A stretch of 64,000 bases of DNA from Schizochytrium sp. TIO01 (GCA_004764695.1 SMSO01000035.1:1302001-1366000); one strand, 5' to 3'. Shown: positions 35,000-46,600, counted from the stretch's first letter. Made by a program: numbers and translations. The notes: a model not told the origin generated them from the letters alone.

Positions 35000-37900
35000 A
35001 TGTCTCGACGGTCTCCCAGCCAAGAACGTGAAAGCTACATCGGAACCTTGAGACAAAACATCCCAAATGGACAAGCCCCAAATGATGCTTTTGCATTAGT
35101 TTCCCAAGCCTCTGTCGCAGAGGTCTTCTATCGCAAAATAGCTTCATTATTTCTAGGGATCATGCACCGTCGCCTTTCTGATACGACGTTTCTACGATAC
35201 GCGTGTGCTGAGCTATATCACCTTACTTGTAACAAAGTTCATCTTCGTGAAATTCTTTGTCAAGACCTCAACGCTGGTGCACTTATTCTTCAGGCCATGC
35301 ACAATCACCCTGAAGATGCCTTTTTACAACAGAACGCGTGTCGTGCGCTCTCAAGTATGGCTCTGCATAATTCCCAAAATCGTGAGATTCTTTGTCGAGA
35401 CCTCAACGCTGGTGCAGAAATTGTTGAGGCTATGCGCAATCATTGGGAAAATGTCAATCTACAACAAATCGCGTGTGCCGCGCTTCAGAACTTCACTTGC
35501 GATAGTGCTTGTAATTCTGAGATCCTCTGTCAAGGCCTCAACGCTGGTACAGTTATTGTTCAGGCTATGCGCAATCATTGGGAAAATGTCAATCTACAAC
35601 AAATCGCGTGTGCCGCGCTTCAGAACTTCACTTGCGATAGTGCTTGTAATTCTGAGATCCTCTGTCAAGGCCTCAACGCTGGTACAGTTATTGTTCAGGC
35701 CATGCACAATCACCCTGAAGATGCCTTTCTACAACAGAGCGCGTGTCGTGCGCTCTCGAATATGGCTCTGCATGATTCCCAAAATCGTGAGGTTCTTTGT
35801 CGAGACCTCAACGCTGGTGCAGAAATTGTTGAGGCTATGCGCAATCATTGGGAAAATGTCAATCTACAACAAATCGCGTGTGCCGCGCTTCAGAACTTCA
35901 CTTGCGATAGTGCTTGTAATTCTGAGATCCTCTGTCAAGGCCTCAACGCTGGTGCAGTCATTGGTCAGGCCATGCACAATCACCCTGGAGATGCCTTTCT
36001 ACAACAGAACGCGTGTGGGGCGCTCTCGAATATGGCTCTACTCAATTCCCGAAATCGTGAGGTTCTTTGTCTAGAGCTTAACGCTGGTGCAAAAATTGTT
36101 AAGGCCATGCACAACCACCCTGGAGATGCCTTTCTACAACAGAAGGCATGTGGTGCGCTTGAGAATATGGCTCGCGATAATGTTCCTATCGGTGAGATTC
36201 TTTGCCAAAAACTTGAAGCTGGTAAATACATTGTGGAGGCCATGTGCAGTCACCGTGCAGATGTTATTCTACAACAGAAGGCATGTGGTGCATTAATGCA
36301 ATTCGCTTTCAATAATGCTCAAAATAGCAAGATTCTTTGCCAAAAACTTGAAGCTGGTAAATACATTGTGGAGGCCATGTGCAGTCACCGTGCAGATGTT
36401 ATTCTACAACAGAAGGCATGTGGTGCGCTTGAGAATATGGCTCGCGATAATGTTCCTATCGGTGAGATTCTTTGCCAAAAACTTGAAGCTGGTAAATACA
36501 TTGTGGAGGCCATGTGCAGTCACCGTGCAGATGTTATTCTACAACAGAAGGCATGTGGTGCGCTAATGAAGTTTACTTCAGACAATACAGGTAATTGTGA
36601 AATTCTTTGCCAAAAGCTTGGGGCCGGTAAATACATCGTCTGGGCCATGCGCAACCACCGTAAGGATGCCATTGTACAACAGAACGCGTGTGATGCACTC
36701 TCGAATATGGCTCTGCTTAGTTCTCGAAATCGTGAGATTCTTTGTCAAAACCTCGCTTCTGGGGCAGACATTGTTGAAGCCATGCGCAATCACCGCAAAG
36801 ATGTCATCGTACAGCGGAACGCATGCAGTGCACTCTGGAGCTTTACGTGCAAGAATAGTCGTAACTCTGAGACTCTTTGTCAAGACCTCAGCGCCGGTGC
36901 AGACATTCTGGAGGCTATGCGCCATCACCGTGGAGATGCCATTCTACAACGGCACGCCTGTGGTGCGCTTCAGAACTTAACTTACAATAATGCTCGAAAT
37001 TGTGAGACGCTGTATCAAAATCTAAATGCTGCTGTAGACATTTTGGAGGCCATGCGCAAGCACCGTGAAGACGTCATTGTACAACAGAACACGTGTGGCA
37101 CGCTTCAGAACCTCACTTGCAAAAATGGTCATATCGATGATATTGTTTGTGAAAAGCTTGACTTTGGTGCAGACATTGTTGAAGCCATGCGCAAGCACCG
37201 TGAAGATGCCATTGTACAACAAAATGCGTGTGGAGTGCTTTGGAATATGACGCAGTATAATTCTCGAAATCGTGCGATCCTTTGCCAAAAGCTCAAAGCC
37301 GAAGAAGAGATTATATATGCCATGCGCAATCACCGTACAGATGTCATTGTACAACAGAACGCTTGTCGTGCGCTTTTGAGCTTTGCGGACGACAATGCTC
37401 AAAATAGTAAAACGATTTATCAAAAGCTCGACGCCGGTGAAGACATTGTTCAAGCCATGCGCAACCACGGTGAAGATGTTATTCTACAACAGAATGCGTG
37501 TGCTTTGCTTTGGAATATTGCAGTACAAAACTCTTCTAATAATAAGTTTCTTTGCCAAGAGCTCAAAGCTGGTAAATACATTGTGGAGGCAATGTGCAGT
37601 CACCGTGCAGATGTTATTCTACAACAGAAGGCATGTGGTGCACTAATGCAATTCGCTTTCAATAATGCTCAAAATAGCAAGATTCTTTGTCAAGAGCTCA
37701 ACGCTGGCGAATATATTGTTCAAGCCATGCGCAATCACCGTGGAGACACTATTCTACAACAGCAAGCATGTCGCGCACTTGAAAACATGGCTCGTGATAA
37801 TGCTGATAATCGTAAGATTCTCTGTCAAGAGCTCGACGCCGGCGCAGACATTGTTCAGGCCATGCGTAACTACCGTACAAATGCCATTCTACAACAGAAC

Positions 37901-40900
37901 GCATGCGGTGCACTGATGGAGTTTGCCCTGGAAAATGATCGGAATCGCGAGATTCTTTGTCGAAATCTCAGAGCTGGGGCAGACATTGTTCAGGCAATGC
38001 GCGACCACCATGGAGATACAATCGTACAACAGAAGGCGTGCGCAGCGCTCCAGAACATCTCTTACGGAAATGCTTCTATAGGTGAGAAGCTTTGTCAAGA
38101 GCTCAACGCTGGTACTGAAATTGTCAAGGCCATGCACAATCACCGCACAGACGTCGTCCTACAACAGAACGCGTGCGGTGCGCTTCAGAACATGGCTCAG
38201 CACAATTCTCGAAATCGTGAGATTCTTTGTCAAGAGCTCAACGCTGGGAAACACATTGTTGAGGCCATGCGCAACCATCGTGAAAATGCCGCACTACAGC
38301 AGAAAGCGTGCGGAGCACTTGAGAGCATGGCTCGTGATAATGCTCAAAATCTCGTGATTATTTACCAGACCCTCAACGCTGTTGAAGATATTGTTCAGGC
38401 CATGCGCAACCATCGTGAAGATGCTATAATACAACAGAGCGCATGTGCTTTGCTTCGGGATATTGCACTTCGAAACTCCTGGAATATTGCGTTTCTTCGC
38501 CAAGATCTCAACGCTGGCGCAGATATTGTTGAGGCCATGCGCAGACACCCTGGAGATGTCATTGTACAACAGAACGCATGCGCGGCACTTGTGAACATGG
38601 CTTGCAATAATGCGTCAATTGGTGAGATTCTTTGTCAAGAGCTCAACGCTGGCGCGAACGTTGTCCGGGCCATGCGCGATCATCCTGCAGACGTCATTCT
38701 ACAGCAAAATGCGTGTGGTGCGCTGATGAAGTTTACTTCTCACAATACTACTAATTGTGAGAAGCTTTGTGAAGAGCTCGGAGCTGGTAAAGACATTGTT
38801 GATGCCATGCGCAATCATCGTAGAGACATCATTGTGCAACAGAACGCGTGTGCCGCACTTGCGAACATGGCTCGCGATAATGCTTCTATTGCTACGAACC
38901 TTTGTCAAGAGCTCGGAGCTGGCGCAGACATTGTCCAGGCCATGCGCAAGTACCGTACAGACGCCATTCTGCAAATGTTTGCATGTGCGGCACTTGAGAA
39001 CATGGCTCGTGATAATGATGAAAATAAGAAGATTCTCTGTCAAGAGCTGAACGCAGGAGAAGATACTGTTAAGGCCATGCGCAACCATCGTGGAAATGCC
39101 ACACTACAGCAAAAGGCGTGCGGTGCACTTAAGAACATGGCACGTGATAATGCTCAAAATCTCACAATTATTCATCAAACCCTCCATGCTGGCACAGACA
39201 TTGTTGAGGCTATGCGCAATCATCGTGAAGATACCACTTTACAACAGAATGCATGTGCGTTGCTTTGGAATATTGCACTTCAAAACTCCTGGAATGGTGC
39301 GTTTCTTTGCCAAGCTCTCAACGCTGGCGAAGATATTGTTCAAGCCATGCGCAATCACCGTGGAGACACTATTCTACAACAGAATGCATGTAGCGCACTT
39401 GGAAATATGGCTCGTGATAATTTTGAAAATCAGAACATTCTCTGTCAAGAGCTGAACGCAGGAGAGGATACTGTTGAAGCCATGCGCAACCACCGTGCAG
39501 ATGTTATTCTACAACAGAAGGCATGCGCTGTACTAATGGAGTTTGCCTCAGAGAATGATTTTAACCGCAAGATTCTTTGTGAAATACATAGTGCTGGCGC
39601 AGACATTGTTCAAGCCATGCGCAATCACCGTGGAGACACTATTCTACAACAGCAAGCATGTCGCGCACTTGAAAACATGGCTCGTGATAATGCTGATAAT
39701 CGTAAGATTCTCTGTCAAGAGCTCGACGCCGGCGCAGACATTGTTCAGGCCATGCGTAACTACCGTACAAATGCCATTCTACAACAGAACGCATGCGGTG
39801 CACTGATGGAGTTTGCCCTGGAAAATGATCGGAATCGCGAGATTCTTTGTCGAAATCTCAGAGCTGGGGCAGACATTGTTCAGGCAATGCGCGACCACCA
39901 TGGAGATACAATCGTACAACAGAAGGCGTGCGCAGCGCTCCAGAACATCTCTTACGGAAATGCTTCTATAGGTGAGAAGCTTTGTCAAGAGCTCAACGCT
40001 GGTACTGAAATTGTCAAGGCCATGCACAATCACCGCACAGACGTCGTCCTACAACAGAACGCGTGCGGTGCGCTTCAGAACATGGCTCAGCACAATTCTC
40101 GAAATCGTGAGATTCTTTGTCAAGAGCTCAACGCTGGGAAACACATTGTTGAGGCCATGCGCAACCATCGTGAAAATGCCGCACTACAGCAGAAAGCGTG
40201 CGGAGCACTTGAGAGCATGGCTCGTGATAATGCTCAAAATCTCGTGATTATTTACCAGACCCTCAACGCTGTTGAAGATATTGTTCAGGCCATGCGCAAC
40301 CATCGTGAAGATGCTATAATACAACAGAGCGCATGTGCTTTGCTTCGGGATATTGCACTTCGAAACTCCTGGAATATTGCGTTTCTTCGCCAAGATCTCA
40401 ACGCTGGCGCAGATATTGTTGAGGCCATGCGCAGACACCCTGGAGATGTCATTGTACAACAGAACGCATGCGCGGCACTTGTGAACATGGCTTGCAATAA
40501 TGCGTCAATTGGTGAGATTCTTTGTCAAGAGCTCAACGCTGGCGCGAACGTTGTCCGGGCCATGCGCGATCATCCTGCAGACGTCATTCTACAGCAAAAT
40601 GCGTGTGGTGCGCTGATGAAGTTTACTTCTCACAATACTACTAATTGTGAGAAGCTTTGTGAAGAGCTCGGAGCTGGTAAAGACATTGTTGATGCCATGC
40701 GCAATCATCGTAGAGACATCATTGTGCAACAGAACGCGTGTGCCGCACTTGCGAACATGGCTCGCGATAATGCTTCTATTGCTACGAACCTTTGTCAAGA
40801 GCTCGGAGCTGGCGCAGACATTGTCCGGGCCATGCGTAATCACCGTACAGATGTCATCCTTCAACAGCGCGCGTGTGGTGCGCTACGAAACATGGCTCAG

Positions 40901-41599
40901 TATAGCTCTCGAAATCGTGAGATTCTCTGTGAAGAGCTCAACGCTGGCGAAGACATTGTTAAGGCCATGCGCAATCACTGTATAGATGCCATTGTTCAAC
41001 AGAACGCGTGTGGTGCGCTAATGAAGTTTACTTCGAGCATTACTTATGCTTGTAAGATTCTCTGTCAAGAGCTCAACGCTGGTGCTGACATTGTTGAGGC
41101 CATGCGCAATCACCGCACAGACGCCACTCTTCAACAGAATGCGTGTGGTGCGCTTCGGAACATGGCTCAGTACAACTCTCTAAATCGTGAGATTCTTTGT
41201 CAAAAGCTCAAAGCTGGCGAATACATTGTTGAGGCCATGCGCAACCACGAGGAAGACGCCACTGTACAACAGGACGCGTGCGGTGCGCTCTCAAATATGG
41301 CTATGCTCAATTCTCGAAATCGTGGGATTCTTTGTCAAAAGCTCGACGCTGGAAAATACATTATCAAGGCCATGCGCAAGCACCATGAAGACGCCATTGT
41401 ACAACAAAACGCATGTGCTGCGCTTTGGCACTTTACATATGACAATGATCAAAATCGCACAATCATTTTTCAAGAGCTCAACGCTGGCAAATACATTATT
41501 GAGAGCATGCATAACCACCAAGCAGATGCCAATGTACAACAAAACGCAAGTGCTGCCCTTTCGAACATGCAGATAGAGTTTTTAAATGTATACTTATAG
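35000..41599 (+). CDS. Giant armadillo-type repeat protein (~2200 aa, 47 x 45-aa repeats)
   Basis: Single uninterrupted ORF, first ATG at 35000; consensus LCQELNAGxDIVxAMRNHxxDxILQQxACxALxNxxxxNxxNxEI fits the AMxxH...QxxACxALxNL ARM type. Confidence 0.93.
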   Translation: MSRRSPSQERESYIGTLRQNIPNGQAPNDAFALVSQASVAEVFYRKIASLFLGIMHRRLSDTTFLRYACAELYHLTCNKVHLREILCQDLNAGALILQAMHNHPEDAFLQQNACRALSSMALHNSQNREILCRDLNAGAEIVEAMRNHWENVNLQQIACAALQNFTCDSACNSEILCQGLNAGTVIVQAMRNHWENVNLQQIACAALQNFTCDSACNSEILCQGLNAGTVIVQAMHNHPEDAFLQQSACRALSNMALHDSQNREVLCRDLNAGAEIVEAMRNHWENVNLQQIACAALQNFTCDSACNSEILCQGLNAGAVIGQAMHNHPGDAFLQQNACGALSNMALLNSRNREVLCLELNAGAKIVKAMHNHPGDAFLQQKACGALENMARDNVPIGEILCQKLEAGKYIVEAMCSHRADVILQQKACGALMQFAFNNAQNSKILCQKLEAGKYIVEAMCSHRADVILQQKACGALENMARDNVPIGEILCQKLEAGKYIVEAMCSHRADVILQQKACGALMKFTSDNTGNCEILCQKLGAGKYIVWAMRNHRKDAIVQQNACDALSNMALLSSRNREILCQNLASGADIVEAMRNHRKDVIVQRNACSALWSFTCKNSRNSETLCQDLSAGADILEAMRHHRGDAILQRHACGALQNLTYNNARNCETLYQNLNAAVDILEAMRKHREDVIVQQNTCGTLQNLTCKNGHIDDIVCEKLDFGADIVEAMRKHREDAIVQQNACGVLWNMTQYNSRNRAILCQKLKAEEEIIYAMRNHRTDVIVQQNACRALLSFADDNAQNSKTIYQKLDAGEDIVQAMRNHGEDVILQQNACALLWNIAVQNSSNNKFLCQELKAGKYIVEAMCSHRADVILQQKACGALMQFAFNNAQNSKILCQELNAGEYIVQAMRNHRGDTILQQQACRALENMARDNADNRKILCQELDAGADIVQAMRNYRTNAILQQNACGALMEFALENDRNREILCRNLRAGADIVQAMRDHHGDTIVQQKACAALQNISYGNASIGEKLCQELNAGTEIVKAMHNHRTDVVLQQNACGALQNMAQHNSRNREILCQELNAGKHIVEAMRNHRENAALQQKACGALESMARDNAQNLVIIYQTLNAVEDIVQAMRNHREDAIIQQSACALLRDIALRNSWNIAFLRQDLNAGADIVEAMRRHPGDVIVQQNACAALVNMACNNASIGEILCQELNAGANVVRAMRDHPADVILQQNACGALMKFTSHNTTNCEKLCEELGAGKDIVDAMRNHRRDIIVQQNACAALANMARDNASIATNLCQELGAGADIVQAMRKYRTDAILQMFACAALENMARDNDENKKILCQELNAGEDTVKAMRNHRGNATLQQKACGALKNMARDNAQNLTIIHQTLHAGTDIVEAMRNHREDTTLQQNACALLWNIALQNSWNGAFLCQALNAGEDIVQAMRNHRGDTILQQNACSALGNMARDNFENQNILCQELNAGEDTVEAMRNHRADVILQQKACAVLMEFASENDFNRKILCEIHSAGADIVQAMRNHRGDTILQQQACRALENMARDNADNRKILCQELDAGADIVQAMRNYRTNAILQQNACGALMEFALENDRNREILCRNLRAGADIVQAMRDHHGDTIVQQKACAALQNISYGNASIGEKLCQELNAGTEIVKAMHNHRTDVVLQQNACGALQNMAQHNSRNREILCQELNAGKHIVEAMRNHRENAALQQKACGALESMARDNAQNLVIIYQTLNAVEDIVQAMRNHREDAIIQQSACALLRDIALRNSWNIAFLRQDLNAGADIVEAMRRHPGDVIVQQNACAALVNMACNNASIGEILCQELNAGANVVRAMRDHPADVILQQNACGALMKFTSHNTTNCEKLCEELGAGKDIVDAMRNHRRDIIVQQNACAALANMARDNASIATNLCQELGAGADIVRAMRNHRTDVILQQRACGALRNMAQYSSRNREILCEELNAGEDIVKAMRNHCIDAIVQQNACGALMKFTSSITYACKILCQELNAGADIVEAMRNHRTDATLQQNACGALRNMAQYNSLNREILCQKLKAGEYIVEAMRNHEEDATVQQDACGALSNMAMLNSRNRGILCQKLDAGKYIIKAMRKHHEDAIVQQNACAALWHFTYDNDQNRTIIFQELNAGKYIIESMHNHQADANVQQNASAALSNMQIEFLNVYL
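35255..41599 (+). repeat. Coding tandem array of 47 x 135-nt units
   Basis: Period of 135 nt (e.g. caggccatgc at 35291 vs gaggctatgc at 35426); 47x135 nt ends exactly at the stop codon. Confidence 0.92.
37715..40826 (+). repeat. Internal direct duplication: 37715-38936 recurs at 39605-40826 (offset 1890 nt = 14 units)
   Basis: Identical lines of sequence and identical ORF-track entries offset by 1890 nt. Confidence 0.9.
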
Positions 41600-42369
41600 A
41601 ATGGTACGCAGTAATTCTTTGAAATAGAGTTCTGTTTCGAAAGTTAGAGGCTTTTTGTGATTCTGTTGAAGAAAACATTTGAGACATGTCGAATAGCTTC
41701 TCTATAAGAGATTTCCGTTCATTGAACTAATATAGCTGGTTGCAAAACATGGTCTCACGTAAACTCAGTTTCTATGAATCGCAACTGCTCTAGTCAAATA
41801 GTTGTTGACCAGAGAGTATATTGTTCATGCTAAACTAGTCCTAGGATTTCATACTTGAAGCTTGTGAACTATGAATGCTTCCCACTAGAAGATTTGTGCA
41901 TTATTTACATCCCATGTAGAGAACAGACGTTTCTAATTTGTAAGTGAGGCTCTAGGCTAGATCCGATAAATTCTATATGTTACAACAATCAAGGTTTGAG
42001 AGCATTTGCAAATATATGAGCAGTCAATGTGAGTAGTCCAGTAGATCAAAGGGTTATTTATTGTGCAAGGTTTTTTTAATGCCACCTTACTCGATTTTAG
42101 AACCGAAAATATTTTCGACTTCTTTAAAGCTACAATACACTGTTTATTTCTTCGAGCAATCAGAGAAAACTAACATGTCCAATCAATCTAGGGCAGGTAA
42201 TCCTATATTTTAAAAATCTACATTTATATTCTCGAAAGGAATATTGACCAATTGAAAATAATCGCCAAACTCTTCATTTTAAAAAGAATAAAGAAGAATT
42301 ATGTCCTTCAGGTATATTCAAGAAAAGCTTAATCCCATGCCCCATCTCCAGTGCTACTTTAACAGAATG

Positions 42370-42413
42370 ACCTATCTCTGTAAGAGTAAAAACCTATCTC
42401 TGTAAGAGTAAAA
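42370..42413. repeat. 22-nt tandem duplication (acctatctctgtaagagtaaaa x2)
   Basis: Directly visible. Confidence 0.9.
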
Positions 42414-42624
42414 ACTTTGTACTTAAGATGAGAAATTCTAATAAAAACAATCTTGAAGTCCCTGTTCCAATTTCATGTCACCTTTGACCTAAAAGAAAAA
42501 ATTGTGTACTAACCATTGGTTGGCCCCAGTGGCGTTGAAGCTACATCTTGTTGAGGTTTATTAAACATTACCTACGACCAGACTGACATCAGCACTGTCA
42601 TCGGTCGCGCGTCCGGAAGGCACC

Positions 42625-43113
42625 ATGGAGGACTCTCTGGAGGCACGCAGGCTTCTCGACCAGGCCCTTCACAGTGTCGAAGATGGCCAAGCTGAGAACA
42701 TGGCAGTAGGCAGAGAGGCGAGGGACCATCTGCTGACAACCTTGAAGAACGTCACTCTCAAGAACAGCGACGAGGGCGTGCTTCTGGGTTTGGATGTAGA
42801 TCGTTTGCCTTCAGATTTCGTTCAGGCGGAGCTTTGGAGAGCCGTTCGAGCTGCGGGACGTCCTGCAGTCGAGACGGCTCGCAAGATTGTAGACCAGGAT
42901 GACAAGGTGAAACGTACTCAGAAGGCCAAGTTTGATGCCTGGTACATGGAGAACGCAACGCTTGCACTCGGAAATGAGCTTGATCGACTACGCCAGGACG
43001 CGGCTTTTACAGGCAGTGAGGATGATGTGAAGCTCCTGATTGAGAGTCTTCACGTGGGTGCTCATGATGCCATCTTTGACGCTGACATGAAGGCCCTTCT
43101 TTGTACGAAATAG
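42625..43113 (+). CDS. Rsa3-like ribosome assembly protein
   Basis: 162 aa; C-terminal FDAWYMENATLALGNELDRLRQDAAF..VKLLIESLHVG resembles the Rsa3 domain pattern (F..YL...T..FGDDLD.LR...F....LI..L..G); recognised by eye. Confidence 0.65.
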   Translation: MEDSLEARRLLDQALHSVEDGQAENMAVGREARDHLLTTLKNVTLKNSDEGVLLGLDVDRLPSDFVQAELWRAVRAAGRPAVETARKIVDQDDKVKRTQKAKFDAWYMENATLALGNELDRLRQDAAFTGSEDDVKLLIESLHVGAHDAIFDADMKALLCTK

Positions 43114-43639
43114 CTAGGTGGTCAACCTTTACAGAGAGCCTAAAAGGGTCTCTCTTCCTCCAAGGCCATCCAACGCGCACGTTGCATTTGTATGCCTGCC
43201 AAATATGGCGAGAAAAGAAACATCAGCTTTGTTCGTGATGGCCTGCTTGTATAATTTGAAATAAATTTTTGAAACAGATATTTCAACATAATCTCGAAGA
43301 CTCGACGGATTGGCAAAATATTTTTTCTCCTTGCCATGTACATTTTTGCTTGGAACGAATTTGTTACACAAATCTACCTATTCTTGCATTTACCTTGCAA
43401 CCCTTACATATGTATGTTGTTGTGGAAAATGCCTTGTCCAAAACCGAACTTATCAAAAAAATAGCTTACGTAAAAGAAAATGTGGATTTTTGTTTAAGTG
43501 GTCGCTGTGGTTTAAGTACGTGCAGATGATCAGGTTTATAGAATAGAAATGAGGGTCGCTATGGATGAGAGTTTAGAATTTGAACGTAATCTTTTGAATC
43601 AAATTTTGGAGACTTTTCAGCTCCAACATCAAAACTAAT

Positions 43640-46600
43640 TTATAGGTAGAGAGAGGCAGCAAAAATGATGTCACGCTTGATAAGATCAACAGCCTTTGCA
43701 AACTTCTGCTCCATGTCAACATCTCCGATGACGCGCGCAGCTATTCCAAGCTGGCGTATAAGCTCCACAAGACGGCGTACAACACGAATAATTGTACCCT
43801 CAAAGACAGATGTAAGGTCGCAAATCTGGCTGAACCTGGCGCCCTTGCACCACTGGAAAACGGGATTCATAAGGTCCGGTCTGAACTTCTTTGCGAACTC
43901 TTCCGGATCAGTTGGGATATTGGCATCGTTCTGAACTTCACCAACCCTTTTGGCAATCTTGAATAACTTTTCATGGATTGCTGCAAGTTCATCGGGTACG
44001 GCATCCTCGGTTTCGCCGTGTTCTGTAAAAACAAGGCATGAAAGCAGAGCAGCAACGTGCGCCGGGGTAAGATCATTGAAAGTACCACCCAGCAGCAACT
44101 CGGTGATAACTAGCTCATCAGCTGTTGAGATCTCGCAACCCACGCGACCCTTCAACTGAATAACGCCATCCTTGTCCACATGTCCAAGTCTTCGCAAGAC
44201 AACCTTCATGGCCTTGAGCTTTTCCTTCATTGGCAAACTCTTTTTTGTGCGAATGTCTTTCTTCAGGACCTTTATTTGTGTGCGTACGTTAAACTTTTCC
44301 ATGAAATCATTGATTAGACGTTTCTTTTCTGCCTTGTCCTTCATTGTATGGATAGCGTTTGAATTAAGGCTTTTGTCCAAAGAAGCCTTATTCTGAAGAA
44401 GAACAGGCAATTTAGGGTCAGAAATCTTAAGGTCCTTGATAGGATCCATGCAAGGAACGCCTTCAGGATGTCTACGCTTAACCTCAAGCATACTGCGAAG
44501 AAGAGTGTCATGCACATCCTTACCAGTCGGCATGTGCACACGAAGTGTGCCAATATGAAGAAGATCACTCAAGGAAACTGTGCGGACCGCCATCTCAGGT
44601 TGAGGAGGGGGAGGGGGGCGCCGGGTAGGCTTCTTTGCTTTGCCCTTCTTGTTTCCTGCTTTCTTGGTGTCTGTATTGGCATCTTCCTCCGCATCTTCAT
44701 AGTACTCTGCAGGGTAAGGCAAACCAGGGTTTTTCGGGTCTGAAGCCACAATGACATCCACAGATTCAATGATCTTTAATTCACGGTTGCGCTTAACCTC
44801 AAACACCACAGCCCAGCCCCAGTCCCCATTGAGCTCAACAAGACGACCAGGCTTCAAGAATTGGGCAATGTTAGATGACTGCATGACAACAGCAGCGATT
44901 TGTTCCTGCTTTTGTGCTGCCTGCGTCCGCAGGTAGTTAAAACTGGCAACCTCATCCTCGCGGTCCACCTTCATGGTCTCAACTTGGTCCTCGAGCTTGT
45001 GCAAGTTAGCCTCCAGCTCTGGGATTTGACTCTCTTGCTGGAAAGTGTAAAGTGAGTTCCGGATGACGTACTCTGGGTCAGCGTCGTCAACGCGCATCAA
45101 GTTAAGCAACATGTTGTAGGTCAGGTAGAAACTGGACGAAAGAGGGTTGGCTTGGCCGCTCATGATTTCCTTCGCAATTGAGGTTTCCATGGGCTCGTCG
45201 ATCATCTGAATGACAATACCACGATCATCCAAACCACGACGACCAGCACGACCACTCATCTGAATATACTCACCAGGGTTTACAAAGCGGAAGTCGGCAC
45301 CGTCAAACTTGCGCATAGCAGAGAAGACAACAGTCTTGGCAGGCATGTTAATACCCATGGCAAAAGTTTCTGTTGCGAAAAGGACCTTGAGTAGACCTTC
45401 GCCGAAGAGGATCTCCGTCACTTCCTTGAGAATAGGAAGCAAGCCACCATGGTGAATACCAATGCCTTGTTCAAGTAAAGGGAGAAGCGAACGGACCTGG
45501 GGCAGGTTCTTGTCGTCCTCATTGAGCGAGTCGATGGCGTTCTTGAACACCTTGCGAACCATAGCCTTATCATCCTCGGTGTTAAGAGAGAGCTTGGCAA
45601 GCTGAGCTGCGTATTTCTCGCAATCTTTCTTACTGAAGCTGAAAACGATTGCTGGGTCATAATTACGCTGCATAATCATCTGAATGATACTTAAAAGATC
45701 TCCCATCTTGTCGCGGCGACGAGCAGCTATACGCTTCTTTGACTCCTTAGACTTGCCAGTTCCATCTTCGAGGGCGTCATCCAAGTTGGATGTGGCCAGC
45801 GAGGCCATGGCTTTCTCAAAAGTGTCGGCGTGGAATTTGCCCTTCTCATCAACGATCAAGTATACTCCAGTACTGCTTGCAGGGTACACGTAGTGTTGCA
45901 GAGGCGTGGGACGGTAGTCTGTGTATACAGCGTGGCAGGGTTGAAAGTGAGTCTTGCTGATCCAGTCACAGAACTGCTGGGCATTGGGGATGGTGGCAGA
46001 AAGAAAAACAAAGCGAACCTTGTGTGGCAGCAGCAAGATGGCCTCCTCCCAAACGACACCACGTTCACGGTCACGCATGTAATGAACCTCATCAAAGACT
46101 GCATATGCGACCTCACGGATGACCTCGGACCCGCGGTACAACATGGAGCGAAGAATCTCAGTGGTCATAACAAGACAACTGGCATTGGGGTTGATAGTCA
46201 CATCACCAGTCATCAGGCCTACATCAGAGAACTCATCAGCAAGATCTCTGTACTTCTGGTTAGAAAGAGCCTTAATCGGTGAGGTGTATACCACACGCTT
46301 CTTATCACGAAGCGCCATGGCGATGGCGTACTCGGCGACAACAGTTTTACCAGCAGATGTATGGGCAGCGACTAAAACGCTCTCGTTACGCTCCAAGTAA
46401 TTGATGGCTTCACGCTGAAAGCCATCAAGTTGAAATGGATACTCTTTCGCAGGAGGGCGTTCTTCAATAGGGATCTTCCCCGTTTCTGAGACATCCTCCA
46501 TATTTTGGGAGACCTCAGCGCTCACTCCGCCTGAAATCACGGATTCCGCTGCAATATCGGCATCTGTGGTGTTGGTCTTGGCCCTCTTAGCAGCAGGTTT

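Noticed and set aside
35205-41576. Repeat array considered as CRISPR-like, and repetitive alternative-frame ORFs
   Set aside because: The 135-nt period is fully coding in one frame with no repeat-spacer structure or cas genes; the other ORFs are frame shadows
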